Source: Octopus vulgaris
Taxonomy: Eukaryota
Length of the DNA: 64,000 nt
Reading direction: 5' to 3'
Assembly: GCA_951406725.2 (NCBI GenBank)
Contig: OX597821.1
Span: 12,152,001 to 12,216,000 of the forward strand
The notes under the pieces are model-generated. The model was not told the DNA's origin. It was given only the letters and a program-made list of their open reading frames with translations, and did not search any database. This document shows, piece by piece, positions 26,073 to 40,959 of the stretch. Each line of letters opens with the position of its first letter. Position 1 is the first letter of the stretch. The position numbers and the translations under genes were made by a program.

Positions 26073-27119
26073 AACGTAGCTGTCGACGTCGTCTTTGTTT
26101 TTGTTGTTGTCGTTCTGCATATGCTAGTATTACCTGCTATATTCATACTCAATGATGTTAGTTATATTGGCATAGATTTTGTTCTCGGGCTTTGATGTTA
26201 TTTTCGCTACTGATTTCATTTTTATATCCGTATCGATGTTATTGCCACTATTTTGATTGATATCTTTCATGTATCTGTTCTTTATGTTATTACATCCTTT
26301 GTGGTTGTGGTTGTGGTTGTGGGTTCGTCATAATCATCGGGCTACCAATGCGGACACTGAACTGACTGTTATAGTTACAGCTGTGGTTTTTAAGAATTAT
26401 TCAGGTATTCTGGAAGTTGTTATAAATATTGCAATTCTAGTTGTAGTGATTTTTGTTTCTTTTTTAATTTCTTGGTTCTTTTTTTTTCTATTCTAAATAC
26501 TTGGGGTAATTTATTCCTTAGAAGTTCTGTTTCCAATAAGCATTATTGATTAATAATGAGAAATTATTGAACAGTTTAAGAACAAAAGCATTATCTGTGA
26601 AGAACAATGGAACGTGTTATGATTTTGAGGTTTAAGACCGAACTAAAGGAAGGGAGAAGTCATATTGAGGGGAGCAACATAAGGGAAGAACGGCAAATGA
26701 TACGAAGAATGTTTAGCTCAAAACTGAAGCAATAAAAGAAACCAGAAAAGAAGATGATGTAATAATAACGAAAATAAGATTAAAAGACGAAATAGTTAAA
26801 AATATAGGAAGAATGATGAAAGAAGAACGAGAAAAAGAAAGAAGGATAGAAATAAATAAAGAAAAATGGAAATTAAATTAGGAAATTGCAAGGAATACAT
26901 GATATTGCTAATGTGAAGAATTGAAGCATCAACGTTGATTAGGTCATGTTAGTGTATCGTTTCCTATTACGTTAGAGTTGCGTTATCAATTAAAATTATT
27001 CAAGGGGCAATGATTTCATCCATCACCAGCGTTTTTCTTGCCTCTTCACTCAGTGTAATTGAAGCGCTGCGTACCGAGATGAGCGTTTATGCATACATAA
27101 GTTCTTGCATATTTTATAT

Positions 27120-27154
<35 letters not shown>

Positions 27155-27464
27155 CCAGAGTAAGCACATAAATGCAAAGCTCGAATAGCGGAGCTAGAGC
27201 AATATGCTTCATTAAAAAGAAGCAAAAATATCACATTAAAGGTTACTCAGATATTCACGTTCCCGTTTGTCGGTTATATGCATAAATATACAATTACGTT
27301 GATAGAAACACATTTGATAATGGTTTTGTTTCACTGTTCCTTTCAATAAATACAATTGCGGTTTAAAATCATATTAATATGCAAATCGAAGAAAACCTCA
27401 AATCAAAAGTAACTTATGTTGAAGTAAAAAATACCTGGATACCCAGTTTAAATAATTAGTGGTA

Positions 27465-27721
<257 letters not shown>

Positions 27722-28150
27722 ATTTAAGTGAATTAAAGGATATACCCGTTTAAAAACTTTCACCCCAAAATACATATACACTTACCAATACATACACAAA
27801 CCAAACAGTTTATATATACATATATGCACTAAACATATCGACATTGGTACATGGCAACATACATATACAGACTAATATAGGCAAAATATCTGCTTATACA
27901 ACTTAATTGTTACAGGCAAGAGAAAGAAAACGAAAAGAAACTCAGAGAATAACAAGTGGCGGGAGAAAGAAAAAAGAAACAGAAAGGGAAAACTAGAGAG
28001 AGGTAAAGAGTAAGATTATTTGGAAGTTGGTGTTCCTAAAAAAGAATCTAACGAATGTTAGATACTTCGTTCATCTTGCAAACGCACACATATAGAAACA
28101 CACAAAAAAATGACATGCATATCTACATAAATTCAACACACATATAGACA

Positions 28151-28238
<88 letters not shown>

Positions 28239-29369
28239 GCCATATCTTCACATAGAGTTAAAAATATACACCATAAGGTTCTTACGCAAATAAACATGAA
28301 AAACAAATTTTCTGGTTATAGAATATTAAAATAAGGAAAATTGTACAATAGATAAACGTAACAATTAAATGTAATATAAAATAAAGTGCACATTATTGTC
28401 CATTATTGTTACAATTATTTTGACTATACTGGATATTCTTCGAAAATCCACTTTCCATTTAATGCAATATTATAATAAGGTGCATCATTTCGAAATGCTC
28501 TCTCGTCTGAAGATGTTAATGATGTGAGTTTTTCTAATTGCTATCTACGTTGTTAAGAATTACGGGTGGATGATTTGATTCTTTGCTAATATAGCATAGC
28601 TTTTCTTTGTGGTTGCGATAGGGTTTAAATCGATCTAATTGCAAATATATGTTGATATCTAAAACATCTAAGTTATTAAGGCTGATTTCTGTCGTAATCC
28701 GTAAGCTCATTCTTTAGTAAAAAGTAATCCGATTATTCCTAAATTTATCTAACTCATGGCCCTCTAAATTATATGTAACTATAAGACCTTCATCCCTGCA
28801 TAATCATGCATTATAACAGAATTCTAGATGCAAGTTATGCAAAATATAACTTCCTATCAGCACCATTAGTACATCGAATAGAGAATCCTCGTTCCTTTGA
28901 CCCAGGTGGTGTCGTCGTAAAAAAAGGAAGGATGACGGTTTTATAGTTCTTTCTTTTCTTATTGTTACCCATCTTACAATTATCCAGAATAAAATACAGA
29001 CCCAAAATATAAAATAGAGATTTACCTCCTCTTTACTGTAAAAGAAATGAGTGAAAATTATCTCCTCTAGTAATATGTCTTCCTCCTAACAATTTGTCTA
29101 TTATCTACCATTAGTTTGATGAGCAATGCGAAATTGGTCCTTACTTTAATTGTGTTAAATAAACAAAATCTTATTTTGTACAAAATTGTGTATCTTTATT
29201 ATTATAACTTTTATACACTCCTTAACCCTGTAAAATAAATCATCTGTGTATGTTTTCAACTTTTCTGTATATATATACTATAATATATATATATATATAT
29301 ATATGTATACACACATAACACACACACACACACACACACACACATACCACACACACCACACACACACCA

Positions 29370-29401
<32 letters not shown>

Positions 29402-29619
29402 CATATACATATATTCGTCGATTTCAACACGACGTGTTTATATAGCGATTGTTAAAGGAAATTCGGAAATTGACGATTTAAAACCTGTTCTCAGCATATT
29501 GTTATAGAAATACTTTTTCTTTTGCCCTTGTATAAGATAACGTATGTATAAGATAACGTATGTATACACACAAACACACACACACACACACACACACATA
29601 TGTATATATATATATATAC

Positions 29620-30530
29620 TACGCAGATGATACGTAAACATCGCAGAAAATACGGAACCCCAGCGATGTTGCACACCTGCAGCAGGAGTTGATCTCAATT
29701 CACAGATGTGTTGAGGACAATTTTATGCAGTTGAATGCCGGAAAATTCCAAGCCCTACACTATCAGTGCCCAACAGTGAGTGTAAAACTTGCAAAGTACA
29801 CTGTCACACAGAGAATTCCAAACCCAGAGCGTAAATTTGTGCGGGACCTGCGTTTCAAGATGAGTGATGACACCTCTTTCTAAGTGCACATTATCAGGAT
29901 GGCGACAAAGTACAGACGACTGGCTGTATTTATCATGAAAACCTTCAGAACAAGAGAGAAGGAAACTATGATAGTCCTCTGAAGCATATTCGTCTTCAGC
30001 CGCCTGGATTATTGTTCCTAGCTATGGTCACCCAATAGTGTAAAATTAACAGCCAACCTTGAAATAATCCAGCGAAGCTTCACAAAGGAGATCGTCTCAT
30101 TGCAACAGCTCAGCTACTGGGAAAGGCTCAAAGAGGGAGAGGTATACAGTAATATATATCTGGAAGATTCTGGAAGGGATTCTGCCACATTTGTCAATGA
30201 AAGCATAGCAATGCCAGAATGGGTCACCATTGCATAGTGACAAATATCCCAATGCCATCGCGCTTCAGGGTCTAACAGCTTTCCAATATTCTCCGAAAGA
30301 GCCTGAGAGACCTATACAATGTGGATGTAGGCGTTTTCAAATCAAAACTGGATTTCATCCTATCGAAAATCCCAGATAAATCTATCTCGCGGTAGGAGAT
30401 GCAAACGAGGATGGCAACATCAAACTCCCTTATTCACCAAAAGACTCATATTAGAGGATGTTCTCAACAATAACAGTTTAGGAAAACGGTGGTCTCCCAG
30501 CATGGCCACATATTTGAGCTGAAACTAATA
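29620..30530 (+). pseudogene. CR1/L2-group LINE RT 3' relic
   Basis: YADDT..LQQEL..NFMQLNAGKFQALHY, SRLDYCS.LWSP, IQRSFTK, LSYWERLK with stops and frameshifts. Confidence 0.8.
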
Positions 30531-30588
30531 GAATATACATATACATGTATACATACATACATACATATATACATACATACATACATAC

Positions 30589-30622
<34 letters not shown>

Positions 30623-30623
30623 C

Positions 30624-30981
<358 letters not shown>

Positions 30982-31211
30982 AAGAAAAGAAGACAGTGGG
31001 AAATGCATATAGGGAAAAATACATATCTTCATGCGGTAGTAAGAGTGAAAGAGAAATGTTTTGCATGTGTATATGCGTGTCTGTGAATGTACGTAAGTAT
31101 TTCAATACAACCGTGTAGAGCAATTGACTTGTGTGTGTGTGGCTTTCTATAGATTTATACATAGGCATATTCTAAGCACATATATTTTTAATATGCATTT
31201 ACGTTTCTCTT

Positions 31212-31288
<77 letters not shown>

Positions 31289-31694
31289 ATATGCATGTAT
31301 GCATATATTTATATATATATATATACCATATCCGTGTATGCATATATTTATATATATACTATATGCATGTATGTATATATTTATATATATGTATATGTAT
31401 ATATTTATATAGATATGTATATATATATGTGTGTGGTATATATGTGTCCGGCAGGTTGCGTACTCCTGCAAAGCACAGAATCAGTAGCTCTCATAAACGC
31501 ATTCATAAATGCACTTCCTCCCCTGCAAAACATTGACATGATCTATAATCTCTCTAATATATGGTACATTAATCTAAATTCTAATTTAAAATCCGCATCT
31601 TGAAGATATAAAATCCAAAAGTTTTAATGAAAATAAAAGCGTATAGAAGTAGTTTGTCTCTCTTTGATGACCTTTAAGTAACGCTGCGTAAATT

Positions 31695-31729
<35 letters not shown>

Positions 31730-31766
31730 TATCATCATCATCATCATCATCACTACTACTATTCTT

Positions 31767-31860
<94 letters not shown>

Positions 31861-32295
31861 GTAGTAGTAGTAGTAGTAGTAGTAGTGGCAGCAGCAGCAG
31901 TAGTAGTAGTATCGGTGACAGTAGTTGTATAATTGAAAAGAAAATCTATCAGAAACTTTTAATTCCCAAAGCACAATTAAAGCCTGAATTTTTTTCCGAC
32001 ATTTTTCCATAGCTTTCTGTTTCGTCTTTCGTTTCGGAATTCTTTCTTTTATTCAATCTTAGCTACTCTTCTCAACTTCTTACTACATATCTTCTCTCTC
32101 TCTCCTATCCTGTTTCACTGTTATTCTTGTGTCCACCAGTACATTTCGTTGAAAAGTAAGTTTACATCACTAACATATCTCTATCAATCTCACCGACTCT
32201 CTTCTTTTTCTTCAATTTCTTTGCCAACATAATCGATTTCCTATGTTCACGAGTGATATATGTACATACCCTGATAAATGCATACACACGCATAT

Positions 32296-32361
<66 letters not shown>

Positions 32362-32424
32362 CCACAGTGCTATGGAATTCTAATATAAGAGATAAAACAC
32401 ACACACATATATATATTTTTTTTT

Positions 32425-32631
32425 TCAAAATGTGACCTCGTGTGTACTGTTGGCGATTTTTTTTCCTCTGTCTTCCTTTCTCTGGATCTTTTCTTCTCCT
32501 ATGTTCCTGACGAAGAGCTCCGCTCGAAACGTTAAACCTTCCTTCTTCCCTTCTTTCCTGAGCGTCCAATAATACTATATTTGTTCCACGTCCTCGCGTG
32601 GTTGTGTATTTTTGTGCTTTCTTGTTTGGAT

Positions 32632-32636
<5 letters not shown>
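32425..32636 (+). mobile_element. ~210-bp pLTR-like repeat with minimal hammerhead motif (32503-32537)
   Basis: GUUC-CUGACGA-A GAGC ucc GCUC-GAAA-CG-UU-AAAC; a related tail (CCTGAGCG..TAATAC..TTTGTT) lies at ~395-480. Confidence 0.7.
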
Positions 32637-32680
<44 letters not shown>

Positions 32681-32682
<2 letters not shown>

Positions 32683-34998
32683 AGCAAAACAGTTTGATTC
32701 AAATTCGTTGGTACACTTGAGTTTCACGCGTGATTCTAATCTTCAGCTGTTTTGAATTTGAATGACATAAGTTGATTGTTATCACGGTGTAGTGGGCTTC
32801 AATTGGTCAATGAAAGTCACGCGGTCACACGGTGTCGTGGTTTGATATTGGTATATGGGTAATATTTATTTGGACCAAACCGCATGGTGAACAGGAAATT
32901 AACAACGTGGAGGACAGGAAACAGACAACGTGGCGATTAGAAATCGGTTAGGTTGTTGGGGAGTGGAAGTGGGTAGGGGGGCTGTTCACGTATATAGTTC
33001 TATATGTGGGTGTGCAGTCGTACGCATATAATTTTGCGTGCATGTGGTATATTTCCTGTCCTTCACGTGGTTAATTTCCTGTTCGCCATATATAAGTTCC
33101 CACCTTCTGAAGGCTCTAAATTTTGCTGGGCAATACACCAGCATTAGTATCCGTCACATCACAATTATTATGAGTGCCAGGAAATCAACGATTTCTTCTG
33201 GGTAAAAAGGGGGAGCTTTGACGGGGCTGAAATTGCTGACCTCACTAGGTCACCAGCTTGGATACCCTCAGAAAACGTATCCACACACATATCTCAGTAG
33301 CGACTATGGCCTGGCTATCTCAAGCCTTATGAACGGCCACACCATACACAGGTTCAGGAAGGACTTGATTAAAATATTTAAGGAGCTCCGCCTGTCCGTA
33401 ATGGTTACCAAACCAACCTGACTACGGTCGATTTCTTGGAACTAAAAAAGACTCCAGTACGGGAAAGTATTACCCATACAGGATGCCTAACGATGATATT
33501 GTACACAACCACAAGAGCGCAAAACATCCCCCCTGCTGTAATTCCAGGTATTAGTAAACCATTCCCCTGCTGTAATTCAAGGCATTAGTAAAGCATCCCC
33601 CGCTGAAATTCCAGTCGTAAACGACTATCTAACCTCTCTGTCAATGGAGAGATCTTTAAGAGGGCTGCCCCGCCAACCCACTACAGCACTGCTTTTGCTA
33701 GGAGCAGGTTTACTGAGATCATGTATGTGGACAACCTCCAAACACCTCCTCATACCCAAAAATATGGAGAATGAAAGATATTACCCTGTTTTTAACCTTG
33801 AAGTTTCCACCAACGAATTTAGGGTCTTCCTGTCCTTAAATAAGAAACACTTGCCCAGATACCATAAGTGTTACAATCCCTTTAACGCACATAATGGCAA
33901 GGTGACCCATGTTTTCTTAGATATCATAGCTTCTAGCATCGCACGCATCGACAGACTTAAAAACGCACCCACACAATCACAACCTGTAACTTAGGATATC
34001 CTACAATGCACCACCTAGAAGGATTTTGTTTCTCAAGAGCAGTAATATACAGAGCCACCCTTACACCATCTGATAGCATTACTAGGCACTATACACGTAT
34101 GATAGCTAAAGACTTGAAGGGAATATGCACTCGTTCATATCTCGGGACAGAGAAAACTCTACTTCCATGTCCTGTTTTCTCTGGAAACTCCCTGATCTCC
34201 GCGATGAAACACCCAGCAACAAGTGGACCATATTCATCCGGTGCCCCCAACGGCCAGATTTGCCTCTACGAAAAACTTCATATCCTCCAACAACACGCGG
34301 TATCCATCAGCAAGGATTACAATTTATCGAATTGCTCTCACTAGAGATATGCCTTTCTGCCAAAATTCAGGCCTCTGACTGGCGACAGACTGGATATACT
34401 ATCTAAGCGCCAGCTGCTACTTCTGCACCACTTGCACCAATGTCACCAGTAGCAAAGAACTCCACGAGCAGGATCGCCTTTTACCAATCCCCACCAGACC
34501 CCAACGCATACCAATCACCAACGCTTCTTTTGCGCATGTATATGTGTGCGTGTGTATGCGTGTGTGTGCGTGCGTATGTGTGTGCATGTGTGTGCAGACT
34601 TACGCGTGCACGCCATGTACAGATGCGCACACATGCGCACACATGCACGCAAAACAATATGAGCGCGTCTGCACACCCATACTGTTTACTTGCACATGCC
34701 ACCCCTTCTTACTTCTCCCAACAACCTTACCGATTTCTAATCGTACCGTGGTCTATTTCCTGTCCTCCACTTGGTAAATTTCCTATTTGTCACGCGGTAT
34801 TTAGCAACTGACTATTACCCATATATCAACATCGAGCCACGTCACCGTGAGACCGCCTGATATACCTCGACCAGTTGCAGCCCACATTACGGTGGTAATA
34901 ATCTACTTCTGTCATTCAAATTGAGAACGGCTGACGACTAGAATCACGCTTGAAACCCAAGTGGGCCAACGAATTTGAATCAAACAGTTTTGATCCAT
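32681..34998 (+). mobile_element. Degraded Penelope-like element (Naiad/Chlamys-type motifs) with inverted terminal pLTR arms
   Basis: Frameshifted FDGAEIADL, DYGL, TGKYYPYRMPND, AVIYRATL, STSMSCFLWKL, CLYEKLHIL; inverted arms 32681-33047 and 34640-34998, each with a CTGANGA..GAAA remnant. Confidence 0.7.
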
Positions 34999-35018
34999 GC
35001 ATGTATATCCATACACAC

Positions 35019-35065
<47 letters not shown>

Positions 35066-35519
35066 CATAATTGTAACAAAGGATTGGCAAAACGTCTCAC
35101 CACGCGCTGATAGAAGACGCCAAGGTTGCTAAAACGACCTTAAAGAATCCACAAACATGTTGTACTCGACGAAAAGGAAGAGATAATATACTTAAGGTTT
35201 TTATTTCCGTGTTGAACCCTCATAAAATCATGAATGATTTTATCCTTATTAAATATTTAATATTTGGAAATGTTCAATCCGGATCAAAGTTACCTTCATT
35301 GCATCATTATTTTGATATATTTGTGTTCTTTCTTAATCTTTCAAATGATACAAGTTCACAATTTCAGTTTCTCAGGCTAAATCCAATGATGTAAATCAAT
35401 GACATCGTTTGTTATTCCAACTAATGCAGGCATTCTATTATCCTGGAACAGGATTCGACTCATGCACCTATATTCGTAATCTTCACAGGCTCTTCTAATC
35501 TATCTTACGTTGTCGCGAT

Positions 35520-35970
35520 GTCAGACTTATGAGACAGTCTTAACAGGAATTTTTCTTTCGTGCAACAGTAAGGTCAGCCCTTTTATATGGAGCAATAGGC
35601 TGGACGCTGACAACTGGAATCCAAGCTAGATGGAACTTACTCCCGAATGTTTAGAGCAAGTTTTAGCATATCAAGGAGAAATGATTCCGCTAAGAAACAA
35701 CTCTATGATGATCCCTACGTTTTCCATCAATATAAAGGATATGCACTTGCACTCTGCGGGACATTGGTGGCAAGCAAGCTAAACTAGAACAAGCAAGTGA
35801 GCTGTTGATATGGAAGTCAATGAATGGCAGTACTCGAGCAGGTTGTCCGAACACAACATATGTAGAGACACAGGACGCTTCCTCGAGAGTCTCCCTGAAC
35901 TAATGCACAACCAAATGTATGGTGAGCGCAGACAGATACATATGTCCGTACAAGCCTGGCCAAATGATGG
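35520..35970 (+). pseudogene. RTE-clade LINE RT C-terminal relic
   Basis: FFRATV..LLYGAIGWTLT, KLDGTYSRMFRA, AGHWW, SELLIWK fragments. Confidence 0.65.
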
Positions 35971-36959
35971 TGACTTAGGATATTAACAAGTTTGTATGTC
36001 TTCTGTTACAGTCCCAAAATATCTTCTTGTCAATTAAAGTGGAACTGTTGTCTCTCGCTGTTGTTCCTACTACAAACCTTTTGTGTCTCTAATAATATCT
36101 TTTCCTCACGAAAAGAAGAAAAGGAATACATATATTCTTTTATATCAAAGACAAGATACCGAGAAATACTATTATTATTAACATCATCATCATCATCATT
36201 ATCGTCATCGTGTTCGTTTTTGTTTGTTGACCTCTTGTTTTTATAATCCACGTTTGCTAAATGTCAATTTTCAAGTTTACATATTTTACAACTTTTTCGT
36301 TTCCTTTATCAATGACATTTTGTGCAAGCTACATGGATTAACAAATATATCGCTACATTACCTTTCTCCACTATTGTTATGTATGGCCTTTGTATGTTCA
36401 AGAACTACATTTGCCTCCATTATAAAATCCTACAAGAGCTTAGCAATCTGGATTTCTATTTGATTCTGATCAGCTACCAACAAGATTTCTGACTCTTTCT
36501 TCAGAATACCTTATATATGTGGTCACTGGTAATTAACACAATGAACAGTGTTTAAATCTAAATATGGCCTATCCATTTGAGAGTGAATTTCGCGACAAAG
36601 AATTCAATTAAAAACAGAGCTATGGAATTCTAATATAAGAGATAAAACATTTGTGGGCAATAAAAAAGGGGGAAGCTGTGCAAAATGTAGTCGGGGTATC
36701 TATTAGTGTGAGGATAAGAACAGAAAACTATTTTTGAAAATTTGGAATTAGATTAGGTCAGGAAACATACAGGAAATACGCCTTGGAACTGAGAGAATAC
36801 TTAGAAAAATATTTTTTCACAATAGAAATTGACACCTCATTCCACAGGCGTTTGGCACGCGTATGACATCACCAGCAACACATAATTGTGTGAACAACAG
36901 GATAATAACAATTAATAATAATAATAACAGTAATAAAAATGATACTGATAAAATAATAT

Positions 36960-37140
<181 letters not shown>

Positions 37141-37490
37141 TACTTCTTCGTTTCGTTTCTCACTTTATTTCATATTCATTATCATCTGTTTCATCTGATA
37201 ATTTTGCATCATATTACTGTTTCCCTCTATCTCCTATAGCTTTTGCTCATCAAGAGGAATACTGACTTCTGCGCAAACCATAATTATAATACAGATCTCC
37301 GCATAGTCTCAATTAAACGTTTGTATCCGTCTTACTGATGGGCTCTCATTCATTATGTATAAGTAACATACATCTGTACATGAACACATATATATATACA
37401 CCTGTATATGTCAGTCTGTATGTCTTTTTTTAAATGAATACATGCATATATAAATATGTATATATATGTATGTATATGAATATATGTTTG

Positions 37491-37524
<34 letters not shown>

Positions 37525-37560
37525 CATATATGTATATATGTGTATATATATACATGTATA

Positions 37561-37592
<32 letters not shown>

Positions 37593-37713
37593 CATACATA
37601 CATATGTATATATAATGTCTATGCATATTTAATAATATATTTGTGATATTTTAGTGTAAGTTGGTGGTCTGAATGTATGTTCATATACACCCCATAAACT
37701 CACACTCAAACAA

Positions 37714-37813
<100 letters not shown>

Positions 37814-38764
37814 GTACACTCACAAATAGATATACACCTATACATGAGTACAAATATACGTACAAACATACACATACATTTATAAATTCATTTATACACA
37901 CGTAAATATACATACATACACTAATAAATAGTATTGTCTGTTTATATCTGCTTGTAGAAAATTCTGTATTTTATGATATTAAAAAATGTATTGTAAATAT
38001 TCAGAATGTAGTACAATCACAACATACTGTATTTAAGTGATGTTTTCTTCATAAAACCTAAACCTATTTAGTTTAAAATATTAAATAAATAAATATCAAA
38101 CAATAATTCAAAAAATATATATATAAATATAAAAATTTCAATCTTCCTAAAAACAATTTTTTTCTTTAATTGGATTATATTATATTTTGAATTTTGTCTG
38201 AAAACAGCAAATAATGAAAATGTAAAGATTGAGTAGGAGTTAAATCTAACTGTATATCTTATATGAATATATTGTTCCCTTCCTTAAAAACATTTTTTCG
38301 TATATTTTATATTAATTTCCATTTATTTTCGACATATAACTATTATTATTTTTCGCTAGATGTTGTTATTTTCTCTTTAGAATTCTTACAATTATCCATT
38401 CATATACTAAAAGGAACTTGAAAAAAAGAAAAAGAACATAAGTTTGTATGTCAATCTGGTTATGTATGATTGTACGTAAAGCTAAATGCATATATGTTTG
38501 TGTCCATCTGTCTCTATCTGTATAGCAGTGCAATATTTTTTATTTACCTATTTACTTCTCTGCCTAGCTAGCGATACATCTATCTGCGTGTTCCTGTGAC
38601 TATATATATCTTTGTACGAATCCGCTACACTTGTTACGGTAATGGAGTGGATGAAAAAAATACAATATTATCGCATCGTGTTCCTCTGTCTCCACGATTT
38701 TCGTTCACATTGAAGGGTAGAGCACTGGCTATACAGTGATATATTCATACATACATACATACAT

Positions 38765-38891
<127 letters not shown>

Positions 38892-38935
38892 TATACGTAT
38901 GCATACATATATATATATATTTGTATGTATATATG

Positions 38936-38966
<31 letters not shown>

Positions 38967-38998
38967 ATGTATATATACGCGAATATATTCGTATATAT

Positions 38999-39032
<34 letters not shown>

Positions 39033-39356
39033 CATTTATATATGCATATATATACATATACATATATATGTAATATAGCATATGTATATAAATATGCACA
39101 CATAATATACACATACATAAGCATATATATGTGTGCGCACACCGACATATCTGTCTTTGTGCGTTGTCTGATTTGATCAGAAGCCTACAAATGGCTTTTG
39201 TCCGAATGAAACGGTAGAAAAATGTCTGAAGAACGTCTTCCCATTTCATTTATCCTTATGCATATTATCCTCGGTTTCTCTGTTGATCTGACTTTATTAC
39301 GAGGACATTACACTTGTCAACTATGTACATACTCGTGTATGTATCTATGTGTCTGC

Positions 39357-39391
<35 letters not shown>

Positions 39392-39429
39392 ATATATTAT
39401 ATATATATATATATGTGTATACATATATA

Positions 39430-39483
<54 letters not shown>

Positions 39484-39598
39484 AATCAAGGAACGGCCAT
39501 AATAGGCCATTCACCCACTATAACAGCCAAAAGCTTCAACCGCAAAATAACATCAATTCCGTAAACCAGGAGAAAATTAAAAAAACATTTACCCTGTA

Positions 39599-39704
39599 AT
39601 TTCTTATACGATGCACCGTTTCGTCTACTGTTTAATGGTAAATAACCTGATTAAATTAAATCAAGCCAATCTACCATAGGCCCTTAGATTCATCAGTAAG
39701 AAAT
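39599..39704 (-). ncRNA. Type I hammerhead ribozyme, unit A1
   Basis: AUUUCUUA-CUGAUGA-stem II-GAAA-CGGUGCAUCG-UA-UAAGAAAU. Confidence 0.85.
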
Positions 39705-40090
39705 ACCCAAGTCGGAACAGATATTTTTCACGAGGCATTCCCGTCCCTGCCTCGGCAATATCTGGCCTAAAATTTTCAAATCATCGCACTCGCGCCAAAT
39801 TTATCGGCAGCAAATAAATATAAGCCGCCGATTCCATTACGGAATTAACCAGAAAATTCATAATTAATCAATATAGGGTGGCAAAAAAAATTTTGTAGAA
39901 TTTTTTTGCCACCAGCGGCCTAGTGGGAAAAAAATTAAATGGTCATAAACCATTTTTAAGTTCAACATCACAATCAAGGAACGGCCATAATAGGCCATTC
40001 ACCCACTAGAAATAACAGCCAAAAGCTTCAACCGCAAAATAACATCAATTCCGTAAACCAGGAGAAAATTAAAAAAACATTTACCCTGTA

Positions 40091-40197
40091 ATTTCTTATA
40101 CGATGCACCGTTTCGTCTACTGTTTAATGGTAAACTAACCTGATTAAATTAAATCAAGCCAATCTACCATAGGCCCTTAGATTCATCAGTAAGAAAT
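40091..40197 (-). ncRNA. Type I hammerhead ribozyme, unit A2
   Basis: Same intact core and stems. Confidence 0.85.
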
Positions 40198-40462
40198 AGC
40201 CAAGTCGGAACAGATATTTTTCACGAGGCATTCCCGTCCCTGCCTCGGCAATATCTGACCTAAAATTTTCAAATCATCGCACTCGCGCCAAATTTATCGG
40301 CAGCAAATAAATATAAGCCGCCGATTCCATTACGGAATTAACCAGAAAATTCATAATTAATCAATATAGGGTGGCGAGTGCGATGATTTGAAAATTTTAG
40401 GTCAGATATTGCCGAGGCAGGGACGGGAATGCCTCGTGAAAAATATCTGTTCCGACTTGGCT

Positions 40463-40574
40463 ATTTCTTACTGATAACGGCCATAATAGGGCCTATGGTA
40501 GATTGGCTTGATTTAATTTAATCAGGTTAGTTTACCATTAAACAGTAGACGAAACGGTGCATCGTATAAGAAAT
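40463..40574 (+). ncRNA. Disrupted hammerhead, unit B1
   Basis: CUGAU followed by the foreign AACGGCCAUAAUA in place of GAAUCUAA. Confidence 0.75.
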
Positions 40575-40959
40575 TACAGGGTAAATGTTTTTTTAATTTT
40601 CTCCTGGTTTACGGAATTGATGTTATTTTGCGGTTGAAGCTTTTGGCTGTTATTTCTAGTGGGTGAATGGCCTATTATGGCCGTTCCTTGATTGTGATGT
40701 TGAACTTAAAAATGGTTTATGACTATTTAATTTTTTCCCACTAGGCCGCTGGTGGCAAAAAAATTCTACAAAATTTTTTTTGCCACCCTATATTGATTAA
40801 TTATGAATTTTCTGGTTAATTCCGTAATGGAATCGGCGGCTTATATTTATTTGCTGCCGATAAATTTGGCGCGAGTGCGACGATTTGAAAATTTTAGGTC
40901 AGATATTGCCGAGGCAGGGACGGGAATGCCTCGTGAAAAATATCTGTTCCGACTTGGCT

